DNA from: Candidatus Latescibacterota bacterium
Lineage (GTDB): Bacteria; Latescibacterota; UBA2968; GCA-2709665
Direction of reading: 5' to 3'
DNA: 64,000 bases
Assembly (NCBI GenBank): GCA_965219995.1
Contig: CBDCOX010000002.1
Coordinates: 3,840,001-3,904,000, forward strand
Shown here: piece by piece, positions 29,273 through 39,651 of the stretch
Layout of the letters: the number at the start of each line of letters is the position of its first letter
Position numbering within the stretch: position 1 is the first letter of the stretch
Made by a program: the position numbers and the translations under genes
The notes under the pieces: generated by a model
The model's database searches: none
What the model was told of the DNA's origin: nothing
What the model saw: only the letters and a program-made list of their open reading frames with translations

Positions 29273-29648
29273 AATTGCCTCCTGTAAATCGGATGATTTC
29301 GGTTCCAAATTGCGATTGACATTACATGGCGTCCGTCTATTTTACGAGTGCGCAACGCTAATTTCCAGGTGTTTTCCGCGCAGGACCAGGCGCCGTTTCA
29401 CGATGCGCGTCCGAGACGGACGACTGCAAGGCTTTCGCTCACATTCTCGTGTCGGGGAGACCGGCGGGCAGTCGATAGATCCGCGCATTCGTGTTTACGG
29501 ACGTTTCCACGCCATTGGCCAAACGTGGAGACGGGGGATGCTTCGGCTGCGCTCAGCATGACAGTAAACCCAACCGTCAGAAGGTCGATGGGTCCGTCAC
29601 TTGATATATTCTTCATTCGGTAGCACGCGTTTTTCGTCACTACTGCCT

Positions 29649-30431
29649 ATGAAATCCGCCTTCTGCACCAACGCATTCGGCAATACGCAAGCCGATCAGG
29701 AAAGCGCCATCCCGTATCTCGCCGAACTGGGATACGACGGCATCGAACTCTGGCAACAGTTCCTTTGCGACGCGGACCTGGCATGGGTCCGTTCCATCGC
29801 GGCCGAACACGACCTCGAAATCGTGCAGGTCTGCCCCTACTTCGACTTCACCACCAGCCGGGAAACCTGGGACCGGAGTATCCGGGACGCGGAAACCTTT
29901 ATTGAGTACGCGGTCGAACTCGACTGTCCATTTATCCGCACCTACACCGGCAACGTAGGAAGCGCGGACGCCACAGTCGAGCAGTGGGACGCCTGCGTCC
30001 GGGGGTTGCGGACCGTCTGCGAAATGGGCGCCGCGCACAATATCGGGTTCCCGTTGGAAACGCACCAGGTGATTCACCATGGGCCCAACCTGACGGATAC
30101 GAGTCCGAGCACTCTCAAACTGCTCGACGACGTGGGCATGGAAAACCTCACCGTGAACCTTCAGACGCCTCTCGTTGGCGAGTCCGTCTTCCGTACCGCC
30201 GAACAACTCGGCGAACACGTCGTCCACCTGCACGCCCACAACTGGCTGGAAAGCTGGCCGAACCTTACGTTTCTGGACGCCGGCGACGTGGACTTCGCCG
30301 CGTTCATCCGCGTTCTCCAATCCAAAGGCTTCGACGGCTACATTTCAATAGAACACGGGAGCCACCATCCGCCATACGAGACGGCTGCGCATGAAATCGC
30401 ATTTCTGAAGAAACTCATCGAAGGAGAATAA
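29649..30431 (+). CDS. Sugar phosphate isomerase/epimerase (xylose isomerase-like TIM barrel)
   Basis: LGYDGIELW, LETH, VVHLHA, GDVDF, GFDGYISIE. Confidence 0.85.
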   Translation: MKSAFCTNAFGNTQADQESAIPYLAELGYDGIELWQQFLCDADLAWVRSIAAEHDLEIVQVCPYFDFTTSRETWDRSIRDAETFIEYAVELDCPFIRTYTGNVGSADATVEQWDACVRGLRTVCEMGAAHNIGFPLETHQVIHHGPNLTDTSPSTLKLLDDVGMENLTVNLQTPLVGESVFRTAEQLGEHVVHLHAHNWLESWPNLTFLDAGDVDFAAFIRVLQSKGFDGYISIEHGSHHPPYETAAHEIAFLKKLIEGE

Positions 30432-30516
30432 AAGAACGCGGGTCCTGGATGACGCGGTGCCATATTTCCGTTTCCCTTGAAGACATGCAAGCGCGAATCG
30501 ACAACCGGAGGCCGAG

Positions 30517-33500
30517 ATGCCGCAGCGGAGGATGTCCCTCAAGAATCTCAGGAAACCCAAACCGGTCTACCCGGAAACCGTCCTCGTGGATGCCGGTCTT
30601 CCGGCGGCGGCCATCGTGCGTCCGTCGGAAGACAGGTACGGCGCCATTGCCGAGACCATCCGGGGGAAGATACACGACCTCACGGGCGCGAAACTGCCGG
30701 TGATCGACCACAGCGCCGCTGCAAGAACGCCCCGAAGGCACCTCATCCTGCTGGGAAACGTGAACACCAACAGGGTGGTCTTCCGGCTGTACGGCTACAG
30801 CTATACCCCGGCAGACGACCATTATCCCGGCCGGGGCGGCCACCTTCTCCACACCATCCACGATCCCTGGGGCAACGGCAGGAACGCCGTGGGCCTTCTC
30901 GGCAGCGACATCGCCGGTGTGGAAGCGGCCGCAGGCCTCTTTCTGGACCGGCTGGCGGCGGGGCCCACGCTGACCCTCGGCCCCATGTTCGACGTAGCGT
31001 GGGGTCCGGATGCCCGGGGCGACGCCGGGATTCCTGAAGAACCGGACCTGGACGCCGAGATGGCGGAAGCCGATGAAGACCTCGCACATGGCTCCCATAC
31101 CGGTCTTTGGAGCAGGATCGGACAGCGAGGCCTGCTCTACGGGCTTACCGGAAACGAAGTCTACGCTGAAATCTACAAAAGACTGGTCTTCCGGATGTAC
31201 GACCATGTCCTGTCCGACCCCGATAATTACGGCAGCGTATGGGGTTTCGACGCGGACTTCGCGCTGCAGTACGTCATGCCCGGGTGGGACCTCGTGGAAG
31301 AGAGTCCCGTCGTCTCCTCAGAGGACCGCCTGCGGATTACGCGCATCCTCTACGAGTTCATTTCGGATTGCGTATCACACGTGGGTGACGTCGAGAACGA
31401 TCGCGTACGCCACAACCACGCAACGTACGCCGCGCTCGGCCTTCACTACGCCGGCGCTTATTTCAGGAAATACTACAGGGCCACGCAGGCCTACCATTGG
31501 CTGGCCCTTTCGGAGAAGTGCTTCGGTGTGCAGGTCAACGCGTTCAAGCCTTACGAGGACTGCGGGCACTACCATTGGCGCACCCATTTCCACGCGATGC
31601 GCTACACGCTCAGCACGGGCGACATGACGTTTTTCGATACGGGTAATGCGCAGCGCGCCGGCGACTACGCCATCCTGACAACGGACAACCTGGGCTGCGC
31701 CGTGCCCAATGGAGACACGGCCTCCCCGTTCGGCACGTGGACCGAAATGCCCTACCTGCGCGCCATGGTCTGCGTAACCGGCGACGGCCGCTACCAGTGG
31801 ATGCTCGACAAGAAGAAAGACATGGCGCCGCGGCCCCACCCTTACGAACACAGCCGCGACGTGGATCCCGTTGAGCCCACGGACCTGGATGGGGCGCAGG
31901 TCTATCCGTTAGACCCTAGGTATTACGATTCAACAAACGGCAGCGACCACCTGCATCTGGACAAGACGTTCGACAAGGTCGTCTTCCGGGACGGGTTCGA
32001 TCCTGACAACCAGTATCTGTTTCTCGACGGCCTGTCCAACGGCGGTCACAAGCATTACGACGGCAACTCGATCTGCCGCCTGACCCAGAACAACCGCATC
32101 TGGCTGGCCGACTGCGATTATATCAAATCGCTGCCCAAATTCCACAACGGGGTCCTCATCTTCAAGGAAGGACAATCAGCCGAAATCCCCCCTTTCGTGG
32201 AACTCGAACGATTTTCCGCCAACCGGGATACCGGGTTCTCCCAGACGACCCTCCGGTCCTACAGCGGCGTGGACTGGCGCCGGAACATCCTTTGGAACCG
32301 AGGGGCCTTTTTCCTCGTCGTCGACGAGATGGAGGCGCTGAGCGAGGCCGACTACAGCTTCCGCGCGGTGTGGCAGACGCTGGGCGACGTACACCTCCGC
32401 AAGGGCGGCCTGGCGATGGAGCAGAACGGCGAGCGATTCTTCATCCACGGCCTGCCGGGACCGCGGCTCAGGCTGGAGGATGACGCGGTTACAGGTAAAA
32501 ACTGGGACCGATACGAACACGCCGAACCGATCGTGCGCATCCTCCAGCAGATCGCCGACGTACGACTCGAGAAAGGGGAAACCTACCGGTTCTTCAACCT
32601 GCTCTATTGCAGCCCTTTGAAGCTCGCTATGACGCAAGTCGCCGCGAACGCCGTGCGCATCGACGGGGGTCCGGAAACCGTTTTCGCGGGCGTCGGGAAT
32701 GCCCGTGTTGCGGCGGCGCTGCCGTCCGGCCCCGCCGTCGCGGCGGCTCAGTTTCAGATATCTCCCCGTTCATTCTCCATTGTCGACGGCACGGAAGTCT
32801 CGTGGGAAGATACCGCGTTCAAGAGCGATCGCCCGGTGAGTCTCGAATACGATCTGTCGGCTGCACAGGGCAGGCTTGCCACCTCCGGGCCGACGACGAT
32901 CACGCTGTCCGCGGGAAGCGGGACGCAGGTGGAACTGGACGGCGAGCCGATCGCCGCCGCCGACTCGAACGGCGCCGTCACGTTCCGCGCGCCGGAGGGT
33001 AAGCGCCGGTTCGCGTTGATTCCACCGGCCCTCGCGGGAATCCGCCGCGCCGCGGTAACGTCTGATGCGACCGAATTTACGCCACGCGTTCGAACGACCC
33101 GCAGGAAACGCCGGGTTCCCGACCTCTGGACGGTCTGGTCGCACCGGGCGGACGGTGCATTCCTTTCCCTGCAAGCCGCGGACCTGGACGGCGATGGCGA
33201 AGATGAAGCCATCGCGGGCGGACGTTCGCAGTCCATCCATGCGTATAAGGACGGTGGCGAACTCTGGCGTTTTCCCACCGGAGGCGCGGTGCGTTCCGTC
33301 TGTGCGGCGGACCTGGAGAACGACGGCCGGCCCGAAATCATCGCCGGTTCGGAAGACGCCAGGGTGTACGTCCTCGACGCGACCGGAACGTTGAGGTGGA
33401 GCTACGAGATTCCATTCTACTTCCAGGACCCGGTCGTGCGCTCCGTTTTCACCGGCGACATCACGGGCGACGGCAATCTCGAGGTCATCGCCGCCGTGGA

Positions 33501-34203
33501 ATCCTGGAGATATCACGCCCTCACCCACCACGGCGAGGAACTCTGGCGCCAGATGACCGTTCGCCCGTCGTCCACCGGCTGCGCCGCGGACCTGGACGGT
33601 GACGGACGCGACGAGGTGATCGCCGGGACCGACTACCACCGGTGGCACTGCATCGACGGCAACGGTGAGATCCGGTGGTCCTACCATCCGGCCACGGGCC
33701 CGCGCGCAAACAGCGCGGCCGCCGGGGACGTCGACGGCGACGGGCTGAAGGAAGTCGCATTCGCGGGCGCGGACACGCACATCCACCTCCTCAAAGCCGA
33801 TGGCACGCTCATCTCGCAATTCAACACCGGCGATGAAGTCACCCGCGTGGCGATGGTCGATATGGATGGCGACGGGCTGGACGAAATCGTGGCCTCGTCC
33901 ATGAGTTTCAACGTCTACGTCGTCAAAGGCGACGGCAAGACCCTCCACTGGCGCACCGATCTCGGTGAAGTCGTCAATTGCATCGCCGCGGCCGATTTCA
34001 ACGGGGACGGAAAACCCGAAATTGCGGCGGGTGTCGCGGACGGAACGGTGTACCTCCTCGGCAATGCGGATGGACGTCCGGTGGGCCGGTATAAAACGGG
34101 CGGACCGATTCTGGATATCGTCGCCGCGGACGTCAACGGAGACGGCATTCCCGAAATCGCCGCATGTTCAGAGGACGGATTCCTGCACGTATTCAAGGCG
34201 TAA
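30517..34203 (+). CDS. Large protein: heparinase/alginate-lyase-like core plus C-terminal FG-GAP/VCBS repeats
   Basis: RHNH, PNGD, KVVFRDGF, GGHKHYDGNSI, FHNGV, then about eight ADLDGDGxxEII repeats. Confidence 0.72.
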   Translation: MPQRRMSLKNLRKPKPVYPETVLVDAGLPAAAIVRPSEDRYGAIAETIRGKIHDLTGAKLPVIDHSAAARTPRRHLILLGNVNTNRVVFRLYGYSYTPADDHYPGRGGHLLHTIHDPWGNGRNAVGLLGSDIAGVEAAAGLFLDRLAAGPTLTLGPMFDVAWGPDARGDAGIPEEPDLDAEMAEADEDLAHGSHTGLWSRIGQRGLLYGLTGNEVYAEIYKRLVFRMYDHVLSDPDNYGSVWGFDADFALQYVMPGWDLVEESPVVSSEDRLRITRILYEFISDCVSHVGDVENDRVRHNHATYAALGLHYAGAYFRKYYRATQAYHWLALSEKCFGVQVNAFKPYEDCGHYHWRTHFHAMRYTLSTGDMTFFDTGNAQRAGDYAILTTDNLGCAVPNGDTASPFGTWTEMPYLRAMVCVTGDGRYQWMLDKKKDMAPRPHPYEHSRDVDPVEPTDLDGAQVYPLDPRYYDSTNGSDHLHLDKTFDKVVFRDGFDPDNQYLFLDGLSNGGHKHYDGNSICRLTQNNRIWLADCDYIKSLPKFHNGVLIFKEGQSAEIPPFVELERFSANRDTGFSQTTLRSYSGVDWRRNILWNRGAFFLVVDEMEALSEADYSFRAVWQTLGDVHLRKGGLAMEQNGERFFIHGLPGPRLRLEDDAVTGKNWDRYEHAEPIVRILQQIADVRLEKGETYRFFNLLYCSPLKLAMTQVAANAVRIDGGPETVFAGVGNARVAAALPSGPAVAAAQFQISPRSFSIVDGTEVSWEDTAFKSDRPVSLEYDLSAAQGRLATSGPTTITLSAGSGTQVELDGEPIAAADSNGAVTFRAPEGKRRFALIPPALAGIRRAAVTSDATEFTPRVRTTRRKRRVPDLWTVWSHRADGAFLSLQAADLDGDGEDEAIAGGRSQSIHAYKDGGELWRFPTGGAVRSVCAADLENDGRPEIIAGSEDARVYVLDATGTLRWSYEIPFYFQDPVVRSVFTGDITGDGNLEVIAAVESWRYHALTHHGEELWRQMTVRPSSTGCAADLDGDGRDEVIAGTDYHRWHCIDGNGEIRWSYHPATGPRANSAAAGDVDGDGLKEVAFAGADTHIHLLKADGTLISQFNTGDEVTRVAMVDMDGDGLDEIVASSMSFNVYVVKGDGKTLHWRTDLGEVVNCIAAADFNGDGKPEIAAGVADGTVYLLGNADGRPVGRYKTGGPILDIVAADVNGDGIPEIAACSEDGFLHVFKA

Positions 34204-34539
34204 CGGAACCTGTCGATCGACGCTCGCGGCAACTTGCGCGTCGATCGCCGTGCAGCTCTGAATTCACCTCACGTCGGCTCAATCCTCGCTGAGGATGCCC
34301 CGGACCATTTCCTCCAGATGGTCCGTCCTCCCGAGATAATTCCCACCACCGCGGTCCGAGCGACGTCATTCTGCCCAAACCGCCCACAGCAGGCCGGTCA
34401 AGTTCCCTCTTGCGCCGGATGCCGCCCGGCGTGGATATTACAGGACCCATGAAGGTCTGAAAAGCGCAAACCGTCGGCCCTTCACCCGGAGCCGAACTCG
34501 CGATTCCCAGCCGCAAACTCACGACTAAAGGAAATCACC

Positions 34540-35754
34540 ATGAAAATCACCGACATTGAGATCATCCCGATCTACCCGAAGATCGCCGCGCGGAATGCCG
34601 ATCAGAAGACCCGCTTCATCAACCTGAACCATCGGACCATTTTCAAGATCACAACGGACACCGGAATCGTCGGGTACGGCGACGCGCGCTGCGCGGCCCC
34701 CGACAGGTCCACCGTCGAGCACGTCGTGGGGCACGATCCCTTCGACTACCTCAACGCCAATCTGAATTCCGGCCTGATGGGTGCGCTGTACGACGCCATG
34801 GGCAAGCATCTCGAGATACCCGCGTACAAACTCATGGGCCAAAAGATCCGCGACCGGGTGCCCGTGGCGGCGTGGACCCGCCCCGCGTCGCCGGAAGACC
34901 TGGCAAAGGACGTGGTGCGGGCCGTCGACCAGGGATATATGATCTTCAAAATCCATACCTGCGCCTATTACGACGTTTTCGAACAGACACGGGCCGTGGA
35001 AGAGGTGGCGCCGGCGGGATTCAAGATGCACTATGACTTCAATCACAACCGGCCGCTTGCCGCCGTCCTGCGAATCCTGAAAGAGCTGGAAGGCTCACCC
35101 GTGGTGGGGATGATCGAGGACCCCCTCGTTCTGTCCGACGTGGAAGGGTGGCGCCTGCTGCGGCAGAAGACCAGCTTTCCCCTTCTCATGCATGTCCCGC
35201 AACTTGGCGGCGGGCAGGAGATAATCCGGGGTTGCGCGGACGCCTACATGATCGGCGAAGGCGGGATCGGTCCCACCCTCGTGCGCGGTTTTGCGGCCGG
35301 CCTGGCCAACCTGTCCTCGGTGATCCAGCTCACGGGCGGCACGCTGACCAAGGCGATGGCCCTGCATATGGGCGCAGTGATTCCGAACGTGGCCCATTGC
35401 ACGAACCTGGACGATCAGTACGACGAAGACGTTGTCAAACAGCGGATCGAGGTTGCGGCCGGTTCGTCTCCGATCCCCGAGGGCCCCGGCCTCGGTATCG
35501 AGGTCGACGAAGAGGCCCTGGCCGCGTGCGCGGCCAACAAACCCACCGTGATCCCGACCACAATCGGCATCCTGCACCTGCCCGGCGGGAACAGGCTCTA
35601 CACGAAAGGGTTCCCGAACGTGCCCCGTGTTACGGGCTTTCCCGAAGGAAATACCCGGGGCATCCGGCTGGAGGTGTGGGAGGAGGACGGTACGGACGCG
35701 TTTCGGGAGACACTGCAACGCATCGAAAAGAGCGGTCCGTTTATGGAGAAATAG
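34540..35754 (+). CDS. Mandelate racemase/muconate lactonising enzyme family protein (enolase superfamily)
   Basis: MKITDIE, ITTDTGIVGYGD, ALYDAMGKHLEIPAYKLMG, DFN, IEDP, PEGPGLGIEVDE. Confidence 0.88.
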   Translation: MKITDIEIIPIYPKIAARNADQKTRFINLNHRTIFKITTDTGIVGYGDARCAAPDRSTVEHVVGHDPFDYLNANLNSGLMGALYDAMGKHLEIPAYKLMGQKIRDRVPVAAWTRPASPEDLAKDVVRAVDQGYMIFKIHTCAYYDVFEQTRAVEEVAPAGFKMHYDFNHNRPLAAVLRILKELEGSPVVGMIEDPLVLSDVEGWRLLRQKTSFPLLMHVPQLGGGQEIIRGCADAYMIGEGGIGPTLVRGFAAGLANLSSVIQLTGGTLTKAMALHMGAVIPNVAHCTNLDDQYDEDVVKQRIEVAAGSSPIPEGPGLGIEVDEEALAACAANKPTVIPTTIGILHLPGGNRLYTKGFPNVPRVTGFPEGNTRGIRLEVWEEDGTDAFRETLQRIEKSGPFMEK

Positions 35755-35838
35755 ACGTTCAGTTCGCCCCGGTGCCCGGAGACATCGACCTTCCGTGTGA
35801 TTGAACGCCCGGGCAGAATCGTTCGAACAGGAGTCGCC

Positions 35839-38553
35839 ATGCCGCTTCTCAACGTAGAGAACGCACGTGAAAACCTGCGCCGGCATTCCTGGGCTCAGGC
35901 CATCGTCGAAGGCTGGAAGAAAGAGGTCGCCTACCTCATCCGCCAGGACCGGGAATTCGTGGATGCGATGGTGTCCGAGCTCACCCCGTGGCCCGAGTAC
36001 GGCCAGAACTGCCCGGTCTGCGTGAACCGCCTGTCTTCCATGGGAGAAACCGGAATTTATGACTGGGACCCGACCGATCCGGACCGGCTGGTCTGCAGAT
36101 ACTGCAAAACCGAGTACCCCAACGAAGACTATCCCGAGACCGGCAGCGTGACCGCTCCCGGAATGAACCAGACCTTCACCTTCTACCTCACCGATGCGGA
36201 GCGCGCACACCCGGAAGACCGGTCTGGCGAACACGCCTTCAAATGGGTCCGGACGCCCGTACATACAAGCTGGACCGGCGTTATGCGTTCAAAGAAATGC
36301 CGCTGGTGCTGGGAACAGATGCTTCCTCTCGCCAAATTGTACGCCCTCACCGGGGACGTGCGGTACGCCCGGTGGAGCGCATGGATCATGGATTGTATGG
36401 CGCGGCGGTATCCCAACTGGCTGTTCCATTCCTACGACGGCACCGTTGCGGACTGCCCGCCGGCGGAGGCCGCGGTATCCATGGGTCGTTTTCCTCCCGC
36501 CGGCCGGTTTCCCCCGGAAACAATCATCTCCGCGTTCGAAGGCCGGCACCGGGTGGGCGATCACGCGGTACTCAACAACGGCTTCTGGGGCGCCGGACGC
36601 GTCGGGTGCAGTGGGTCCGACGGCTGGTACATTCTCGACGTCGCGATGGCCTACGACCTGATTCGGAGCGCCCGCGATGCGGACGGTGCGCCCGTCATGA
36701 CGCCGGAAATGGACCGGCGGATCGTGGACGACCTGATCCTGGCAGGTTGCGCGGACACCGAAAACTGGAACGACATCAACAACAAATGCGGCCCTGGGAG
36801 GGCGCTCAGCGCCGCGGTGGGCATTCTGTTCGGGAAACCGGAGAGTGTCCGCCGCGCCATCGAGGGTTTTGAAGCCCTCATGGACGACGCCTTCCACTTC
36901 GACGGCTTCTGTACGGAGTCGCCGAGTTATTCCAGCATGCATCTCAATCAGTTGCGGAATATACCCGAACTGTTGAATGGATATTCCGACCCCGAAGGAT
37001 ACGTGCCGAAGTCAGGCTCCGTATTGAAGGACCTGGATCCGTTTCAACACTTCGACCGCTATCGTCTCGCCCTGGAGAGCATGGTCCGCATGCTGGACCC
37101 GAACCTGGAAGAGCCGGTCATCGGAGACTCCAGGGAAGGCAGTAGTGTCGACCCCATCTACGCCGAGGTTCTGGCCGCCCGTTACGGAAGCCGCTACGCC
37201 GGCCTGCTGGAGAAGTCTCAGGGGGCCCCGCTGTCCGAAAAAGGCACCGAATACGCCCTGTGGAACCGGGACCCGGATCTGAAAGCGGACGAGGACGCCC
37301 GTTTGCCGCACCGTACCGAATGGTTCCCGGGCTGGCACGTCGCTGTTTTGCGGGGGGGTAACCCCGGAGGCCATACGGCATTTTACCTTAACGGATATGC
37401 CTATGGGGGCCACCGCCACGCGGACACCCTCGGGATCATCTACGTCTCGAACGGGAAGGAAATGGCGGCGGACAGAGGCTATATCTGGGATGACCCCAGA
37501 AACGCGTGGACCGGCAGCACGCTCGCCCACAACATCGTCACCGTCGACGGTCAGAACCAGGCCAGAAACAACATGCCGTCCGTGCTGGAACTCTTCGGCT
37601 GTGGCGCGGGAATCGAAGTCGTCCAGGCATCCGCCGCGCCGTACCCGCAATGCGATCAATACAGGCGCACCTGCGTCCTGGTTCAGGTGCCGGGCGATCA
37701 GACCTACGCTGTCGATCTATTCCGGGTCGGCGGCGGCAGCCTCCACCAGTACGGCTTCCACAGCAACGGCCGCCTCACCGGCATTTCCGGCGCCGATCCG
37801 ATGCCGGTTGACGAACACATCGAGTGGCTGGATAACATTCGCGCCGACCGGCCCCGGGAGCCATTTACCGCAACCTGGGATAACCAGGGCGTGCGCCTCG
37901 ACCTCACCCTGCTCAACCCCATCCATCGTCTGCTACTCGTGGACGCGCCGGGCTGGCGTTCGGACCTGGGCGAGGAACTCAACGCCCCACCCGTCCAGCA
38001 GATCCTTGCGGAACGGAACGGCGATGAGGTCCGGAACAGCCGGTATTCGGCGGTGATTTCACCGTACGTCGACCGTTCGCCCGTCCTGTCGTCCCGCCTG
38101 CTGCTGGACGATCCGGACAGCGGCGCCATGGCGGTTGCCGTCCGCCGCGAGGGATGTACGGACTACATCCTCTCCGCGCCCGAGGGCGGCTCCCACGACG
38201 TCGGTCCGCTGTCGATCGTCGGACATTTCGCATTCGCGTCGGTGAATGACGGCGGCTCCCTGCTGCGCGCTTATCTGCTGCGCGGTACTGAACTCCGCTG
38301 CAACGGGCACGTGCTGACCCTCGACAAATCAGAGGTCTCTCTGGACGTCGCCCGCGTCACCGATTCCACCTACCACTTGCGAAACGCCGTGCCCGACCCC
38401 GATACCCTTCCAGGCGGCTATCTTCTGTGCGGCGATACCGGGTACGAAATCGAGGATGCCACCGAAGTGTCCATCACCGTCCGTGACTACCCCGCCACCG
38501 AATGCGACTCCGTCACGTTGCTGAAGGCCGCCGAGTACGTGAAAGACGACTGA
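35839..38553 (+). CDS. Heparinase II/III-like protein
   Basis: FDGFCTESPSY, PVIGDS, GGHRHADTLGI, DRGY, STLAHNIVTVDG. AGGAG RBS. Confidence 0.8.
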   Translation: MPLLNVENARENLRRHSWAQAIVEGWKKEVAYLIRQDREFVDAMVSELTPWPEYGQNCPVCVNRLSSMGETGIYDWDPTDPDRLVCRYCKTEYPNEDYPETGSVTAPGMNQTFTFYLTDAERAHPEDRSGEHAFKWVRTPVHTSWTGVMRSKKCRWCWEQMLPLAKLYALTGDVRYARWSAWIMDCMARRYPNWLFHSYDGTVADCPPAEAAVSMGRFPPAGRFPPETIISAFEGRHRVGDHAVLNNGFWGAGRVGCSGSDGWYILDVAMAYDLIRSARDADGAPVMTPEMDRRIVDDLILAGCADTENWNDINNKCGPGRALSAAVGILFGKPESVRRAIEGFEALMDDAFHFDGFCTESPSYSSMHLNQLRNIPELLNGYSDPEGYVPKSGSVLKDLDPFQHFDRYRLALESMVRMLDPNLEEPVIGDSREGSSVDPIYAEVLAARYGSRYAGLLEKSQGAPLSEKGTEYALWNRDPDLKADEDARLPHRTEWFPGWHVAVLRGGNPGGHTAFYLNGYAYGGHRHADTLGIIYVSNGKEMAADRGYIWDDPRNAWTGSTLAHNIVTVDGQNQARNNMPSVLELFGCGAGIEVVQASAAPYPQCDQYRRTCVLVQVPGDQTYAVDLFRVGGGSLHQYGFHSNGRLTGISGADPMPVDEHIEWLDNIRADRPREPFTATWDNQGVRLDLTLLNPIHRLLLVDAPGWRSDLGEELNAPPVQQILAERNGDEVRNSRYSAVISPYVDRSPVLSSRLLLDDPDSGAMAVAVRREGCTDYILSAPEGGSHDVGPLSIVGHFAFASVNDGGSLLRAYLLRGTELRCNGHVLTLDKSEVSLDVARVTDSTYHLRNAVPDPDTLPGGYLLCGDTGYEIEDATEVSITVRDYPATECDSVTLLKAAEYVKDD

Positions 38554-38557
38554 CGCC

Positions 38558-38770
38558 GGACCGCTCCCCCGGCCCCTCAACACCGGGGGAGACGTGAGAC
38601 GGGAGACGGGAGATGACATCAGTGCCCTATGGTCTTTCTTGTCGTTACCATTTCGGTAAAAAAACAGGCACGGTTAGCGTGAAAACACTGTGGTAACGTT
38701 ATCATCTACCGTCTACCCTCTACCGTCTCCCCGCTTTCTTCTACCGTCTAACCTCTACCATCTCCCCGCC
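38558..38770. repeat. Composite repeat: core C, heptamer tract, core B and inverted heptamer tracts, between convergent genes
   Basis: Shares core C with about 8160-8185, core B with 4791-4870, and the tail ctaccgtctaccctctaccgtctccccgctttc with 867-899. Confidence 0.9.
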
Positions 38771-38774
38771 TCTA

Positions 38775-39623
38775 TTACAGACTAACAAAACCTGACAGTG
38801 CCCGTTTCTGTCCGGCGGCGTCCAGAATCCTGCGAATGATCAGGCTCTCTTTTCGATCGATCGCGGGCTTCCCCGTCTCGAACAGGTCCAGCACGGCATT
38901 CGCGGTATTCAGAAAGATACGGCTGGAATCGACCTGGAAGTGACGTGTCGCATCGGCGGTGGTCACGGAAGCCGCATAGGGGGTACTCGATCCCGTATAG
39001 ACGTTCACGACGGCCGTGCGGCCGCCTGAGAAATCCAGCAACAACTGCGACTGTTTCCCGCCGCCCCTCCGCATCATCCGCCGCACATTCGGACCCATAC
39101 AGCTGACGGCCAGCTCAAGGGGATGGATCGCGTATTCGCCGAAGGACCTCCCGCCGCCCCAGGTGACCATGTGCCGGACCTCCCGGCGTCCGACCTCCTC
39201 CACGTAGTCCTGGACTTCGGTATAACGCAGCGCGGACGTGGTCTGCATGGGCACCCGATGCCTGTCCGCCAACGCGAAGATACGCCTGGCAGTTCTCAGG
39301 TCCGGCGCGAAGGTTTTGTCCACGTACGTCGGTTTTCCGAACGGAAAAACCTGCCGGCACAGTTCGAGGTGCGTCTCCGGCGTTGACGGCGCCAGCACCA
39401 CATAGGTGTCCACAGCCTCGTTCAACGCGGCCGCGTCGGGGAAGTACGGGACGCCGTTCGCCTCGGCCCACGTTCTTCCGGCTCTCGGACGCATCCCCGT
39501 ACATCCCGCCACGACAAATCCGCGATGCTTCAGTTCGTTACGGAGAAGCTTCAGGTACACGTTGGAATGAAAGTTCTCCAGATTGTCATCCACGAACCCG
39601 ATCCGCTTTTGTCCTTCCGTCAT
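38775..39623 (-). CDS. Gfo/Idh/MocA-like oxidoreductase
   Basis: LAPSTPETH, GKPTYVDKTFA, TSALRY, EYAIH. Confidence 0.75.
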   Translation of the reverse strand: MTEGQKRIGFVDDNLENFHSNVYLKLLRNELKHRGFVVAGCTGMRPRAGRTWAEANGVPYFPDAAALNEAVDTYVVLAPSTPETHLELCRQVFPFGKPTYVDKTFAPDLRTARRIFALADRHRVPMQTTSALRYTEVQDYVEEVGRREVRHMVTWGGGRSFGEYAIHPLELAVSCMGPNVRRMMRRGGGKQSQLLLDFSGGRTAVVNVYTGSSTPYAASVTTADATRHFQVDSSRIFLNTANAVLDLFETGKPAIDRKESLIIRRILDAAGQKRALSGFVSL

Positions 39624-39651
39624 TCGTCTGTTCTCCATTCCAAAATGCCTT

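Noticed and set aside
34204-34539. Possible ncRNA or riboswitch in intergenic gaps (also 29310-29640)
   Set aside because: Only short weak stems and no recognisable Rfam-type motif by eye.
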